From: Phycisphaerae bacterium
Lineage (GTDB): Bacteria; Planctomycetota; Phycisphaerae; UBA1845; UTPLA1
DNA length: 64,000 nt
NCBI GenBank assembly: GCA_046350375.1
Contig: JAXMAO010000008.1
Location: forward strand, 416 to 64,415
Direction of reading: 5' to 3'
Below the pieces are notes generated by a model. That model saw nothing but the letters and a program-made list of their open reading frames with translations. It did no database searches and was not told where the DNA came from. A program made the translations under genes and the position numbers. How positions within the stretch are numbered: the stretch's first letter is position 1; every line of letters starts with the position of its first letter. Below, piece by piece: positions 62,640 to 64,000 of this stretch.

Positions 62640-63748
62640 GCCCGGTCCCGCGGCGCGGCCGACAGCGTCAGCGGGACGACCGGGTCGGCGCGCTCGCGGC
62701 GGCGGAGCTGACCACAGGCGGCGTCGATCTCCAGCCCGCGCGAGCGGCGCAGGTGGGCGTTGATGCCGGCCTGGCGCAGCACGGACTGAAAGGCCTGAGA
62801 GTCGCGGCTTTCGGGCCGGCGGTAGGGCAGCCCGGCGACCGGGTTGTAGCGGATGAGGTTGACGTTGCAGCGAAGCTGCTTCGCGACGCGGGCAAGCTGG
62901 CGCGCGTGGACCGGCTGGTCGTTGACGCCGCCGAGCAGGATGTATTCGAGCGTGATCTCGCGCCCGGTGCGGTCGAAGTAATGCCGGCAGGCGGACAGGA
63001 TGTCGTCGAGCGGAATCTTCCCGGCCCAGGGGATCAGCTCGTGCCGCAGTGCGTCGGACGGCGCGTGCAGCGACAGCGCGAGGTTGATCTGCAACCCTTC
63101 GTCGGCCAGCCGGCGGATCTGCTTGGGCAGGCCGACCGTGCTGAGCGTGATCTTGCGGGCGCCAATGTGCGGGCCCCACTCGGCGTTGATGATTCGCAGC
63201 GCCGCCAGCACCTCGTCGTAGTTGGCCAGCGGCTCGCCCGAGCCCATGAGCACGATGTTGCCGAGGCGCGTTGCGGCGTCGCCGTCGGCCGCGGGCGACT
63301 CGCACAGCCGGCGGATGCGCTGCACCTGTTCGACGATTTCGCCGGCCGCGAGGTTGCGCTCCACGCCGTCCAGGCCGCTCGCACAGAACTTGCAGCCGAC
63401 CGGGCAGCCGACCTGCGACGAGATGCAGGCGGTGCGGCGGTCGTCGTCGGGAATGAGGACGCACTCGCTGGTGGCGCCGTCGGGCCAGGCGAGCAGCAGC
63501 TTGGTGGTGCCGTCGGCGGCGGAAGCGACGCGCAGGTCGCGGGCGGTGACGATGTCGAACTCGGCGGCGAGGCGGTCGCGCAGGCCGCGCGGCAGGTTGG
63601 ACATGGCGGCGACGTCGGTCGCCCCGCGGCGGTAGAGCCAGTCGAAGACCTGGGCCGCGCGGTAGGCGGGCTCGCCAGCGGCGGCCAGCCAAGCGCCCAG
63701 CGTGTCGGGCGTTTCGCGCAGCAGGTGTCGCTTGGGTACGGCGGTCAT
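62636..63748 (-). CDS. rlmN: radical SAM 23S rRNA/tRNA adenine-C2 methyltransferase RlmN
   Basis: YRAAQVFDWLYRRG, SSQVGCPVGCKFCASG (CxxxCxxC), NIVLMGSGEPLAN, LSLHAP and GVND. Confidence 0.92.
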   Translation of the reverse strand: MTAVPKRHLLRETPDTLGAWLAAAGEPAYRAAQVFDWLYRRGATDVAAMSNLPRGLRDRLAAEFDIVTARDLRVASAADGTTKLLLAWPDGATSECVLIPDDDRRTACISSQVGCPVGCKFCASGLDGVERNLAAGEIVEQVQRIRRLCESPAADGDAATRLGNIVLMGSGEPLANYDEVLAALRIINAEWGPHIGARKITLSTVGLPKQIRRLADEGLQINLALSLHAPSDALRHELIPWAGKIPLDDILSACRHYFDRTGREITLEYILLGGVNDQPVHARQLARVAKQLRCNVNLIRYNPVAGLPYRRPESRDSQAFQSVLRQAGINAHLRRSRGLEIDAACGQLRRRERADPVVPLTLSAAPRDRA

Positions 63749-63892
63749 CGAACAGATTGTAACCGCGGCGGGCGGCGGGCGGTTCGCGCGGTGGCTGGCG
63801 ACTGCGTCCGAGTTTGCCGGGCGGGGTGCGGCGGGCGGGCGGCGCGGCGGTCGGCGATCAGGCCGCGGCGGCGAACGGCCGATGATGGTGGG

Positions 63893-64000
63893 ATGGATTC
63901 CTCGTGTCTGGCATGCAGCCTGGTTGAGCTGCGTTCGGCCCAGCAGGCGAGCGCGATTCAGTATGCCGTCGCGGCGAAGATGCTCGCGGCCGAGCGGCAG
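63893..64000 (+). CDS. start of a small protein, possibly YjfB-like putative motility protein (partial, runs off the window)
   Basis: Own translation: MDSSCLACSLVELRSAQQASAIQYAVAAKMLAAERQ... The pattern S..AQ.Q..I..AV.AK.L..E.Q resembles the YjfB family. Only 36 codons are visible. Confidence 0.3.
   Translation, partial: MDSSCLACSLVELRSAQQASAIQYAVAAKMLAAERQ

Overview
This is a very GC-rich (roughly 70 % by eye) 64-kb chromosomal segment with about 50 protein genes on both strands and one stand-alone 16S rRNA gene. The 16S signatures, the unlinked rrn arrangement, PEP-CTERM and dockerin-like secreted proteins, kinase-linked ECF sigma factors and an AsmA/GT-C envelope operon point to Planctomycetota, probably Phycisphaerae-like. 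That placement is inference and needs a database search. Gene content is mostly housekeeping: menaquinone late steps (ubiE/menG, ubiX), MacAB-type efflux, transaldolase, DEAD-box helicase, purH, mreB, an ABC-2 exporter, amidohydrolase, queG, sppA, two ECF sigma modules, glycosyltransferases, truncated haemoglobin, nadA, M14 carboxypeptidase, tilS and rlmN. I saw no transposase, integrase, phage, CRISPR, tRNA or recognisable defence genes. The window therefore reads as core chromosome rather than an accessory island, and I cannot point to one clear-cut self-contained new system. The highest-ranked observations are: (1) an ECF sigma / active Ser-Thr kinase / pseudokinase module with no anti-sigma factor; (2) an orphan mreB preceded by an uncharacterised coiled-coil protein and a 56-aa membrane micro-ORF; (3) two families of small structured repeats, namely a 119-bp MITE/REP-like element in two copies and a 5 x 33-bp array of 7-3-7 palindromes with a sixth copy translated in-frame inside purH; (4) a secreted FG-GAP/TSP3/dockerin gene broken by about ten frame switches that sum to zero; (5) a translationally coupled rlmN-hydrolase-tilS-GT-C-AsmA operon. 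At least five genes carry frame disruptions, several of them in short G/C runs, so assembly error versus real pseudogenisation has to be settled first. Many long ORFs in the supplied track are antisense shadows typical of high-GC DNA and were rejected. All family calls are by-eye motif recognition, not searches.
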